This document shows positions 6,560 to 15,130 of a stretch of 45,038 nucleotides of DNA, in pieces. The DNA lies in contig JADHXV010000001.1 of NCBI GenBank assembly GCA_016782785.1, forward strand, positions 1 through 45,038, written 5' to 3'. The position numbers were made by a program, and so were the translations under genes. The first letter of the stretch is position 1; every line of letters starts with the position of its first letter. Under the pieces are notes generated by a model, which was not told the origin of the DNA, did not search any database, and was given only the letters and a program-made list of their open reading frames with translations. This stretch comes from Planctomycetota bacterium. Lineage in GTDB: Bacteria > Planctomycetota > Phycisphaerae > FEN-1346.

Positions 6560-8122
6560 ATGTCCGCACACGACCACGCCGGACCGGATGCGTCCCATTT
6601 GCACTGTTGCTGCGGCGGCGAGCGAGGCGACCCCGGCGGTGTGTCTCGCCGCGCGTTCCTGCAGGCCACCGGCGTGGCGTTCACGGCGGCCGCCCTGGCT
6701 GGCTGCGCCTACGAGGCCGTCCGCAGCGCCGTCCCGCTGGAGGACGCGGCGCCGCCGCGCAAGCCCCTCATCGTCAAGCCCGTCTTCGCCTATGCCACGT
6801 ATAAGCCCAGGCCGAAGACCAGCTGGCGGTCGTGGGGCGGCATCCAGACGCAGGCGGACGCCGACGCCGAGGTCCAGCGCATCCAGGCGGAACTCGCCCA
6901 ACTCCAGGCCCAGGCCGACTTCCCCGTCCAGTTTCTGCCGGTCGCGCCCGTCCGGAACCCCAACGAATTCAAGGCCGTCGCCGACCTCGACCAAGCCGAC
7001 GCCCTTATCGTCTACGCGGCCGGCGGCCCGCAGAGCACGTTCGACGCCGTCGTCGCGACCGGCAAGCACGTCATCTTCTTCGTCCGCCACCGGTCGGGGC
7101 CGGTGTACCTGTGGTACGAGATCATCTCGCCGCGCTACCTCCGCCAGCACACCGACACGCTGTCGGTCAAGGGCGTGGACTTTACCGACGTGGTCGTGGA
7201 CTCGCAGGACGACATCGCCTGGCGGCTGCGGTCGCTCTCGGGCCTGAAGAATACGCTCGGCTCCAGCATCGTCTGCATCGGCGGACCGGGCGGCTGGTCC
7301 ACGCCCGCGGCCCCGGACCTGACCAAGGCCAAGTGGAAGATGGACCTCCAGACCGTCACGTACAAGGAACTGGGTGAACTCATCAAGCAGGCCCGGGCCG
7401 ACGAGGCCGCCCTGAAGCGCGCCCGCGACCGCGCCGCCGCCTACCTGGCCGACCCGGCCGTCTCGCTCGAAACCAAGCCCGAGTACATCGAGCGGTGCTT
7501 CATGCTCGACGACATTTTCCGCGGCCTGATGGCCAAGGCCGGCACCAAGGCCATCACCGTCCATAACTGCATGGGCACCATCATGGGCGTGTCCGACACC
7601 ACGGCCTGCATGACGCTCTCGACGCTGAACGACGCGGGGTACCTGGCGTTCTGCGAGTCGGACTTCGTGGTCATTCCGGCGGGCGTCCTGATGGCCAACA
7701 TCACCAACCAGCCGGTGTTCCTGAACGACCCCACGTACCCGCACCACGGCATCACCACGCTGGCTCACTGCACGGCCCCGCGGCGGATGGACGGCAAGAA
7801 CCTGGAACCCGTTCGCCTCGTCACCCACTTCGAGTCCGACTTCGGGGCCGCCCCGAAGGTCGAGATGCACAAGGGCCAGGTCATCACGAACGTGCTGCCG
7901 GACTTCAAGGCCGAACGCTGGGTCGGCCTGAAGGCCAAGATCATCGACGCCCCGTTCCTGCCCATCTGCCGGAGCCAGATTGACATCGCCTACGGGGTTG
8001 ACGACGACCTCGTGGCCGAACGCATGCCGGGCTTCCACTGGATGACCGTCTACGGCGACTGGCGGCGCGAGATCGGCTACGCCCTGAAGAAGATTCCCAT
8101 CACGTGGGAGGACCTGGGGTGA
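6560..8122 (+). CDS. Tat-signal (probable lipoprotein) protein, possibly sugar-isomerase-like; function unknown
   Basis: RBS aaggagg precedes ATG 6560. The N-terminus is MSAHDHAGPDASHLHCCCGGERGDPGGVSRRAFLQATGVAFTAAALAGC, giving a twin-arginine motif plus an LAGC lipobox. The C-terminal half (AFCESDF, LAHCTAP) is reminiscent of the fucose/arabinose isomerase fold, but that is a weak impression. Confidence 0.65.
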   Translation: MSAHDHAGPDASHLHCCCGGERGDPGGVSRRAFLQATGVAFTAAALAGCAYEAVRSAVPLEDAAPPRKPLIVKPVFAYATYKPRPKTSWRSWGGIQTQADADAEVQRIQAELAQLQAQADFPVQFLPVAPVRNPNEFKAVADLDQADALIVYAAGGPQSTFDAVVATGKHVIFFVRHRSGPVYLWYEIISPRYLRQHTDTLSVKGVDFTDVVVDSQDDIAWRLRSLSGLKNTLGSSIVCIGGPGGWSTPAAPDLTKAKWKMDLQTVTYKELGELIKQARADEAALKRARDRAAAYLADPAVSLETKPEYIERCFMLDDIFRGLMAKAGTKAITVHNCMGTIMGVSDTTACMTLSTLNDAGYLAFCESDFVVIPAGVLMANITNQPVFLNDPTYPHHGITTLAHCTAPRRMDGKNLEPVRLVTHFESDFGAAPKVEMHKGQVITNVLPDFKAERWVGLKAKIIDAPFLPICRSQIDIAYGVDDDLVAERMPGFHWMTVYGDWRREIGYALKKIPITWEDLG

Positions 8123-8655
8123 GCACCGCCAGCCGGGAAAAGGAGCGTGACGTGATCAGCCGGGTGGCGCGCGCCGTTGCGTTCGCCGCGGCGCTGGCCG
8201 GCCTGGCCCTCGCGGCCGCCGGCTGCCAGGCCTGGTTCGACCCGTTCCTGGATGTGCCGGAATGGAAGACGGTCCGTTACGGTGACGAGGACCCGGCTTC
8301 GCCCATCAAGGGCGTGACGCGCATGACGCCCGTCCAGGAGTGCGAGTACAGCCACTACGTGCGGGCGATGAGCGGCGGCCTGGTGGTGGCCCGCGAGGTC
8401 CGCGGCGACTGGATCTACTACGCCGTGACCCGCCGGCAGTTCGTCCAGTTGCCGCCCGACGCCGAAGGCCAACAGCCTCGCGTGGTCCAGGCCGTCGTCG
8501 TCGAACGCTGCAAGGCGAAACAGCCGCCGGTGCCGCCGCCCGTCCCGCCGTACGAGATGCCCGAACGCCCGCCGTCCGGCACCGTCCCGACGGTCGACAA
8601 GAAGCAGAGGGAGAAGGTCCTCAAGAACATCGAGCGGAACCTGCCCACGCCGTAG
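8119..8655 (+). CDS. Lipoprotein, Pro-rich C-terminus, function unknown
   Basis: AFAAALAGLALAAAGC is a signal peptide plus lipobox. GTG 8119 overlaps the upstream stop (GTGA). GTG 8104 is the alternative start. Confidence 0.55.
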   Translation: MSTASREKERDVISRVARAVAFAAALAGLALAAAGCQAWFDPFLDVPEWKTVRYGDEDPASPIKGVTRMTPVQECEYSHYVRAMSGGLVVAREVRGDWIYYAVTRRQFVQLPPDAEGQQPRVVQAVVVERCKAKQPPVPPPVPPYEMPERPPSGTVPTVDKKQREKVLKNIERNLPTP

Positions 8656-8730
8656 GCGTCGAAGAGGTACGGCCGGGACCCGCTGCGGCGCGTGGGCGGC
8701 CGGTCCACGAGCGCATCCGAAAGGCACGCC

Positions 8731-10032
8731 ATGCCACGCCTGAGTAGCCGAGCGCCGGCCGTCGCGCCGCCGGCACCGCTGCGATCGGTTGTCCTCCCGG
8801 CGGCCGCGCTGCTCGCGGCCCTGCTGACGGTGGCGACGCCGGCCCGCGGGGCCGAGGCCCCCGCCTGGCCCATAAGCCGCGAAGGCGACCTGTGGGTCGT
8901 CCAGACGCCCCACTACACCTTCAAGAGCGATCATAACCCCGACACGATCCAGACCCTCGCCAGCCAGCAGGAGGCCCTGTTCCGCGAACTGTACCAGCGG
9001 ATGTCCAAGACCAAGCCGGTCGCCGAGGTCCGCCGCATGCTCATCTTCGTCTTTCAGACCGAGGAGGTCTACAAGAAGGCCATGGGCAAGGCCGCCGACG
9101 GCTCCAAGGGCCTGTACACCGGCAAGGCCATCGGGGGCTGGGGCGACGACATCGACAAACTCCTCGCCACCTATCGGCACGAGGGCGCCCACCAGTTCGT
9201 GGACCAGTTCATCGGCTCGAAGTGCCCGGTGTGGCTCAACGAGGGGCTGGCGGTCTACTACGAGCACGCCAGGTTCGAAAACGGCCAACTCAAGACCGGC
9301 CAGGTGCCCGATTACTACGCCTCGCTCCTGCGCCAGGCCGCCGAAGGCAACACCCTCATCCCCGTCAAGGACATGCTGGCGATAACGAGCGAGGCGTGGG
9401 CCGCCGCCGTCACCGGCAAGGCCACCCAGACCAGCCTCCAGTACGCCGAGGCCTGGTCCATGGTCCATTTCCTGGAGTACGGCGACGGGGGCAAGTACCG
9501 GACGCCGTTCATGCAGTACCTCTACTTCCTGGCCCGCGGGACGCACCAGGACGCCTGGCGGCGGACCTTCGGGGCCAACCTGGCCGGCTTCGAAACGCGG
9601 TGGCGGGCCTACATCCAGGACCTGAAGCCGGGGACGGTCCTGCCGTGCCGGCAGAAGATGGACCTTCTGGCCCGGTGGATTCTCCAATTTCACCCGAAGC
9701 ACCCGGAGTATTTCAAAGATATCGAAACGTTCCGCGAGGCCGCCGTCGGCGGCGCCTTCGGCCACTGGAAACTGCCGGCCTTCCAGGGCCTGGAGGCCGT
9801 CGAGATCCGCGAGCCCGAGGCCATACGCGACCTCTTCCGATGCCCGGACGACCCGTCCCCCGGCGAGGCGCCCAGTTACGAACTGGTCACGGTCAAGGAA
9901 GGCGAGCCGCCTATCCTCCGCTGCACGCACCACGCCGGCTACATCTTCGAGACCGTGTACGAGAAGAACCCGGAGAAGAACGAGATCGGCATCCGCATCG
10001 TCACGAAACCCGCCCCGCCGGGCGGCCGCTGA
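8731..10032 (+). CDS. Secreted DUF1570-type putative metallopeptidase-like protein
   Basis: A signal peptide ends ATPARGAEA. HEGAHQF followed by WLNEGLAVYYE gives an HExxH...E-like arrangement typical of the DUF1570 / MA-clan-like family. Start is ATG 8731. Confidence 0.7.
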   Translation: MPRLSSRAPAVAPPAPLRSVVLPAAALLAALLTVATPARGAEAPAWPISREGDLWVVQTPHYTFKSDHNPDTIQTLASQQEALFRELYQRMSKTKPVAEVRRMLIFVFQTEEVYKKAMGKAADGSKGLYTGKAIGGWGDDIDKLLATYRHEGAHQFVDQFIGSKCPVWLNEGLAVYYEHARFENGQLKTGQVPDYYASLLRQAAEGNTLIPVKDMLAITSEAWAAAVTGKATQTSLQYAEAWSMVHFLEYGDGGKYRTPFMQYLYFLARGTHQDAWRRTFGANLAGFETRWRAYIQDLKPGTVLPCRQKMDLLARWILQFHPKHPEYFKDIETFREAAVGGAFGHWKLPAFQGLEAVEIREPEAIRDLFRCPDDPSPGEAPSYELVTVKEGEPPILRCTHHAGYIFETVYEKNPEKNEIGIRIVTKPAPPGGR

Positions 10033-10098
10033 CGGTTTGCGCGATGGAACCCGGCCCGCCGGCCCCCGCGCCGGTCGCGGCCACGTGGAGCATCACCC

Positions 10099-10554
10099 AT
10101 GATCGACGGCGTTCGCGTCACGCCCCTCAGGCCCATCTCGGACGAGCGCGGCCGGCTGATGGAACTCTTCCGCTCCGACGAGCCCGACTTCGAGAAGTTC
10201 GGCCAGGTGTACCTGACCACGGCCTACCCGGGCGTGGTCAAGGCCTGGCACTATCACAAGAAGCAGACCGACAACTTCGTCTGCATCCGGGGCATGATGA
10301 AGGTGGCCCTGTACGACCCGCGCGACGGCTCGCCCACGCAGGGCGAGGTCAACGAGTTCTTCCTGGGCGTGTGGAACCCGATTCGCCTCCGCATCCCGCC
10401 GGGCGTTTATCACGGCTTCAAGTGCATTTCGACCGGCGAGGCGATGATTATCAACACGCCCACCGAGCCGTACAGTCGGCAGCAGCCCGACGAGTACCGC
10501 CTGCCGGCCCACACCGACGAGATTCCGTACGATTGGTCGCGACAGGACCGGTAG
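10099..10554 (+). CDS. dTDP-4-dehydrorhamnose 3,5-epimerase-like cupin (short RmlC-like form)
   Basis: PLRPISDERGRLMELFR, QVYLTTAYPGVVKAWHYHKKQTD and RIPPGVYHGF are RmlC-family signature regions. Confidence 0.8.
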   Translation: MIDGVRVTPLRPISDERGRLMELFRSDEPDFEKFGQVYLTTAYPGVVKAWHYHKKQTDNFVCIRGMMKVALYDPRDGSPTQGEVNEFFLGVWNPIRLRIPPGVYHGFKCISTGEAMIINTPTEPYSRQQPDEYRLPAHTDEIPYDWSRQDR

Positions 10555-10562
10555 GGCGGCCG

Positions 10563-10604
10563 AATGTCAAATGTCAAATGGTAAATGTTAAATGGACAAT
10601 GACC
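10563..10604 (+). repeat. Six tandem 7-bp units AATGNNN (aatgtca aatgtca aatggta aatgtta aatggac aatgacc)
   Basis: An AT-rich heptamer array in a roughly 70% GC genome, lying 19 nt upstream of the 10623 start codon. A related three-unit array in inverted orientation sits at 39559-39579. Confidence 0.85.
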
Positions 10605-10622
10605 TGGGAGGGGAGGGCGGTT

Positions 10623-12071
10623 ATGGTTCGCGCCATCGTCCGTTGTGCACTCGTGTGGTCTGTCGCGCTAGCCGCCGGAGCGGCCCTGGCGGCGGAACCC
10701 GCACCTTCCGCCGAGCCTGCCGAGCCCGCCCGGCCGCGCGACATCAGCGGCGTCTTTCCTGACCTTGCCGTCCGCACGCCCGACGTGCCCGGCAGCGAGA
10801 GCGGCATCGGGGCGCTGATGCCCTGGGCCGACCGCCTCTGGATGGTCACCTACGTGGCCCACATCAAGGGCGAGGGCACGGGCCTCTTCGAGATCACGCC
10901 CGATTTCCGCCGCATCAAGCGGCCGGAGAGTGTCGTCGGCACGTATGCCAACCGCATGATCCACGTGCCGTCGAAGCAGTGCATCATCGGGCCGCACTTC
11001 ATCGACGTGGAGCGCAACGTCCGCACGTGCGACGGCGTCAAGGGCCACCGCCTGACCGCCACCATGACTCACCTCACCGAGCCCGACAAGATGGTCTACT
11101 TTCTCACCATGGAAGGCCTGCTGTTCGAGGTGGACGTGAAGTCGCTCGAGGCCCGCCAGGTCGCGGACGTGAAGAAGGAACTGGGCATCGAGGGCAAGTG
11201 CCATTTCAAGGGCGGCTTCACGGGGGCCGGACGCGTCGTCGTCGCCAACAACTCGTACGACGAGCAGGACGTCCTCGGCAAACGCCACGACGGCCGGCTG
11301 GCCGAGTGGGATGGAAAGAAATGGACCATCCTCGAGCGCACCGCCTTCTGCGAGGTCATGGGCAACGGCCGCGTCATCTTCGCCACCGGCTGGGACGGGG
11401 CCTCGGTCATCCTCAAGATGTTCGCCAACGGCCGGTGGACCACCTACCGCCTGCCCAAGGCCAGCCACGCGTACGACCACGCGTGGTTCACCGAGTGGCC
11501 GCGGATTCGCGAGGTGGAAACCGAGCGGTATCTGATGCACATGCACGGCATGTTCTACGAACTCTCGACGCTGGCCTACGAGGGTTGGCCGTGGGCCCTG
11601 AGACCCATCGCCACGCACCTGCGGATCATCCCGGACTTCTGCTCGTGGCGCGGCCTGACGGTCCTGGCGGGCGACGAGGCCACCGCCGTCGGCGGGAACC
11701 TCTGGGCCGGCCAGCCCCAGTCCAACCTCGTCTTCCTCAAGACCGACGATCTGTGGCGCTTCGGCAAGCCGAAGGGTTTCGGTGGCGTGTGGCGCCAGAG
11801 CCAGGTCAAGGCCGACACGCCCTCCGACCCCTACCTCATGACCGGCTTCGACAAGAAGTGCCTCCACCTGGCGCACGAGGCCGACCGCCAGGTCACCTTC
11901 ACGGTCGAGGTGGACTTCATCGGCAACGGCTCGTGGAAGCCGTACGGCAAGATCACTGTCCCGCCGAAGGGATATGAGCACCACGAGTTTCCCGCCGGTT
12001 TCGGCGCTCACTGGGTCCGCGTGACGTCCGACGCCGAGTGCACCGCCACGGCGTGGTTCACGTACGACTGA
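10623..12071 (+). CDS. Secreted protein of unknown function
   Basis: MVRAIVRCALVWSVALAAGAALAAEP is a signal peptide, followed by a long, compositionally normal ORF. The first 467 codons of track ORF 9222..12071 are an out-of-frame overlap with two real genes and were trimmed. Confidence 0.65.
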   Translation: MVRAIVRCALVWSVALAAGAALAAEPAPSAEPAEPARPRDISGVFPDLAVRTPDVPGSESGIGALMPWADRLWMVTYVAHIKGEGTGLFEITPDFRRIKRPESVVGTYANRMIHVPSKQCIIGPHFIDVERNVRTCDGVKGHRLTATMTHLTEPDKMVYFLTMEGLLFEVDVKSLEARQVADVKKELGIEGKCHFKGGFTGAGRVVVANNSYDEQDVLGKRHDGRLAEWDGKKWTILERTAFCEVMGNGRVIFATGWDGASVILKMFANGRWTTYRLPKASHAYDHAWFTEWPRIREVETERYLMHMHGMFYELSTLAYEGWPWALRPIATHLRIIPDFCSWRGLTVLAGDEATAVGGNLWAGQPQSNLVFLKTDDLWRFGKPKGFGGVWRQSQVKADTPSDPYLMTGFDKKCLHLAHEADRQVTFTVEVDFIGNGSWKPYGKITVPPKGYEHHEFPAGFGAHWVRVTSDAECTATAWFTYD

Positions 12072-12109
12072 GTCACCCTGATTCCGGGGGGCAGGGGGTG
12101 AAGGTTACG

Positions 12110-12138
12110 GCGCGGCGGGTGTCCGCACCCGCCGTGCG
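12110..12138. repeat. REP-B-like hairpin variant (ggcgggtg-tccg-cacccgcc)
   Basis: It is related to the REP-B core (gggtgtccgcaccc versus gggtctccgcaccc). It lies between two + strand genes and could act as a terminator. Confidence 0.55.
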
Positions 12139-12156
12139 TGCACATGGGAGACATGA

Positions 12157-13128
12157 ATGGGCGAACCGCTGATGCTTGCCACCTGGACGACCGGCCAGGC
12201 CGCCAACGCGGCCGGATGGCCGCACCTTGTTGCCCCGGACGGCGGGGCGATCGACGCCGTCGAGCACGCCTGCCGCAACGCCGAGGCCGACCCGCAGAAC
12301 ATGACCGTCGGCTACGGCGGCCGGCCGGACGCCGCCGGCGAGGTCACGCTCGACGCCTCCATCATGGTCTCGCCCGCGCGGTGCGGGTCGGTGTGTTTCG
12401 TCCGGCGGTTCATGCACCCGGTGTCCATTGCCCGCCTTGTCATGGACCGGTCGCCGCACGTCCTGCTGGCCGGCGACGGGGCCGAACGCTTCGCCCTCGC
12501 GCACGGCCTGGAACCGGCGGACCTCCTGACCAACGCTGCCCGCCAGGCTTGGCAGGCGTGGCTCGCCACGCGCGGGGCCGCGGCGGTCGGCACGCCGCAA
12601 GCGAATATTGAGGAGGCCCCAGCCGCGGCCGCACCGGCCGCTGAAGCCGCCCACGTCGTCGAGGCCGCCGAGGCCGCCGAGGCCGCCGAGGCCGACCACG
12701 ACACTATCGGCGTCCTGGCCCGCGACGCCGGCGGCCGACTGGCCGGCGCCTGTTCGACCAGCGGCATGGCGTTCAATGCTCCCGGCCGGGTGGGCGACTC
12801 GCCCATCATCGGTCACGGGCTGTACGTCGACCCGGACCGCGGCGCGGCCGTTGCCACCGGTCACGGCGAACTCGTCATGGGCGTGTGCGGGACGTTCCTG
12901 GCGGTCGAGCGGATGGGGCAGGGGGCGTCGCCGGCCGAGGCCGCCGCCGAGGTCGTCCGCCGCATCGCCGACGCCTACGACCTGGCGGAGAACGACCAGG
13001 TGGGAATCATCACGCTTGCGCCCGACGGCGCGTGGTCCAGCGCCGCCCTTCGCCGCGGGTTCCGCGTGGCCGTCCGCACGCCCGACCGCGACGAACTCGC
13101 GGAGCCGCACACCGTCCTGCTGACGTGA
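12157..13128 (+). CDS. Ntn-hydrolase of the isoaspartyl peptidase / (glycosyl)asparaginase family
   Basis: TVGYGGRPDAAGEVTLDASIM, then the DHD-TIGVLARD autoprocessing site with a Thr nucleophile (act at 12703-12705), then GRVGDSPIIGHGLY and ATGHGELVM. Confidence 0.85.
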   Translation: MGEPLMLATWTTGQAANAAGWPHLVAPDGGAIDAVEHACRNAEADPQNMTVGYGGRPDAAGEVTLDASIMVSPARCGSVCFVRRFMHPVSIARLVMDRSPHVLLAGDGAERFALAHGLEPADLLTNAARQAWQAWLATRGAAAVGTPQANIEEAPAAAAPAAEAAHVVEAAEAAEAAEADHDTIGVLARDAGGRLAGACSTSGMAFNAPGRVGDSPIIGHGLYVDPDRGAAVATGHGELVMGVCGTFLAVERMGQGASPAEAAAEVVRRIADAYDLAENDQVGIITLAPDGAWSSAALRRGFRVAVRTPDRDELAEPHTVLLT

Positions 13129-13248
13129 TACCTGCAGGCCGGGGCACAGCCGCGGTAGTGTGTCCCCCCCGGCCCGTACGGGCCGGGCCACACAGTGCAT
13201 TTCCGGGACGTCGTTCCGGCCTACACATCCACCGCGCCCGCCGGACGG

Positions 13249-14703
13249 TCAGCCGAGGGCCTCGACGACCACCTCGCGCATCCGCTCGACGGGGGCCGGC
13301 CGGCCCGTCCACAACTCGAACTGCTCCACCGCCTGCCGCACGAAGTGTTCCAGACCCGAGATGGTCCGGCACCCGGCCCGCCGGGCCTCAACAAGGAGCC
13401 GCGTCTGGCGCGGGTTGTACACGGCGTCGTAGACCACGAGCGCTTCGCGCAGCGCCGCGGCCGGCACGGGCGTGGCGTCGGTGTGCGGGTGCATGCCCAC
13501 GGGCGAGCAGTTGAGGAGAATATCGCACGGCCGGCCGGCGACGGCGTCGGTCGGGCACGTGTCGGCGCCGATTTCCTTGGCCAGGGCGTCGGCCCGGTCG
13601 GCGTCGACGTCGGCAAGAGTCACGCGGGCGCCGCGCTCCGTGAGGGCAAAGGCCATGGCGCGGCCCACGCCGCCCGCTCCCAGGATCAGGCCCCGCTTGC
13701 CGGCCAGCCACCCTTCGCCCACGACGGCCTCGATCGATGCCGCCCCCGCCGTCCAGTCGGTGTTCGTGGCGAAGAGCGTGCCGTCGTCGCGCAGGTGGAG
13801 CGTGTTGACGGCCCCGATGCGCCGGGCCACCGGCTCGATCTCGTCGGCCGCGGCCATCACGGCCTGCTTGTGCGGAATCGTCACGCTGTAGCCGGCGAAG
13901 GCGAACTCGCGCATCGCACGGACGAACGCCGCCGGGTCGTCCTCGACCCACAGCGGGAGGTACACCGCGTCGTAGCCGATTTCGGCAAAGGCCGCGTTGT
14001 GGATGCGCGGGCTCAGGCTGTGCCCGACGGGGTCGGCCAGCACGCCGAACACCTCGGTCGCGGGGCCGATGGCGTCGTAACGGTACAGGCGGCGCATCTG
14101 GCGGGCCGTGACCTGCCCGGGGGCCGATTCGTGGCCGGTCTCGGGCGACGCGTACGTCAGGACGGCCCCGAACTTCGGGGCCAGGATTCGCGTCAGCACG
14201 CCCCGCTCGCCCATCGCCAGGGCGATTGTCGGAACCGTGGCGTCGCGCAGCAGGCGCAGCACCGGCACCGTGTCGAGGATGTGCCGGGCCAGGGTCGCGA
14301 CCTTCACGGTGCCCGCGCCGCGTGCGGCCAGGCGGGTGTAGATGGTGTCCAGATCGTCTGGCGTTTCGGCGAAGTTGTGGTAACTGGCGATGACTTTGGC
14401 GGGCGGCACGTCGCCGAGCGCGTCGAGCGCGTCGTGCTCGACGTCGATGAACCGGGCGCCCAACCGGACGGCCCGGCGAAGGACGTCGAGGCGCTCGCGC
14501 TCGGGGCCCTCATAGAAGCCCCCCTCGCGCGTGGGCCGATACGTGACGATGACAGGGCAGGGCGGATGGTCGAGCAGGCGGTCCAGGTCGAACCCCCGCA
14601 TGGCGTCGAGCCGCAGTTCGGCCAGGTCGGCCGTTTCGGCGGCCTCGGCCAGGGCCCGCAGCGCCTCGTCGGTGGTCTCGGGCGTCAGGCTGACGCAGAG
14701 CAT
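13249..14703 (-). CDS. aroDE: Bifunctional 3-dehydroquinate dehydratase (type I) / shikimate 5-dehydrogenase
   Basis: The N-terminal half (LAELRLD, VIVTYRPTREGG, IASYHNF) is AroD type I. The C-terminal half (YSVTIPHK, GAVNTL, NTDW, LGAGGVGRA, YNP) is AroE. It is a single uninterrupted 484-aa ORF. Confidence 0.9.
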   Translation of the reverse strand: MLCVSLTPETTDEALRALAEAAETADLAELRLDAMRGFDLDRLLDHPPCPVIVTYRPTREGGFYEGPERERLDVLRRAVRLGARFIDVEHDALDALGDVPPAKVIASYHNFAETPDDLDTIYTRLAARGAGTVKVATLARHILDTVPVLRLLRDATVPTIALAMGERGVLTRILAPKFGAVLTYASPETGHESAPGQVTARQMRRLYRYDAIGPATEVFGVLADPVGHSLSPRIHNAAFAEIGYDAVYLPLWVEDDPAAFVRAMREFAFAGYSVTIPHKQAVMAAADEIEPVARRIGAVNTLHLRDDGTLFATNTDWTAGAASIEAVVGEGWLAGKRGLILGAGGVGRAMAFALTERGARVTLADVDADRADALAKEIGADTCPTDAVAGRPCDILLNCSPVGMHPHTDATPVPAAALREALVVYDAVYNPRQTRLLVEARRAGCRTISGLEHFVRQAVEQFELWTGRPAPVERMREVVVEALG

Positions 14704-14823
14704 GGGCGTCTCCGCGAGTCGGCCGGCCGGGGCCTCGCGGCGCGGGCGGGGCGTCGGCGGGCCGCGGCAGAAAACAGGCCGGCAGCGCGATGATATCCCG
14801 TGCTGCCGGCCGGAGGCGCGGGC

Positions 14824-15099
14824 CTACGCCGAAGCGGCTTCGGCCTCGGCCAGGCGTTTCTGCATGCGGCTGATGTGGCGTGCCGCGGCGTTGCGGTGGA
14901 TCGGGCCGTTGTTGGCGGCCCGGTGCAACAGGCGTTCGACCACGCAGAAACGGTCTCGGGCGGTCGACACGTCTTTGGCGTCGACGGCGTCAAGGAACCG
15001 TTTGTGGGCGGTCCGGATGCGGCTCTTGGTCGTGCGGTTATGCTGGCGGCGGCGCAGGTTCTGGCGCGTGCGTTTTTTCGCGGACAACGAGTGTGGCAT
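14824..15099 (-). CDS. rpsT: 30S ribosomal protein S20
   Basis: MPHSLSAKKRTRQNLRRRQHNRTTKSRIRTAHKRF is the canonical S20 N-terminus; 91 aa. Confidence 0.95.
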   Translation of the reverse strand: MPHSLSAKKRTRQNLRRRQHNRTTKSRIRTAHKRFLDAVDAKDVSTARDRFCVVERLLHRAANNGPIHRNAAARHISRMQKRLAEAEAASA

Positions 15100-15130
15100 G
15101 CGGGTCCGTCTCCTTCCCTGGCGTGGGCGG

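Noticed and set aside
6458-8038. 526-aa minus-strand ORF, and similar long antisense or off-frame ORFs (8077..9933 -, 10668..12011 -, 14531..16801 +, 22817..23890 -, 26169..27752 -, 30792..32624 -, 32722..35523 -, 39568..41850 +, 42132..44552 +, 9222..10622 +, 32047..33081 +)
   Set aside because: All of them lie opposite or out of frame to genes with clear family motifs. Their translations are Arg/Pro/Gly/Ala-rich low-complexity strings typical of stop-codon-poor frames in roughly 70% GC DNA, and they carry no recognisable motifs.
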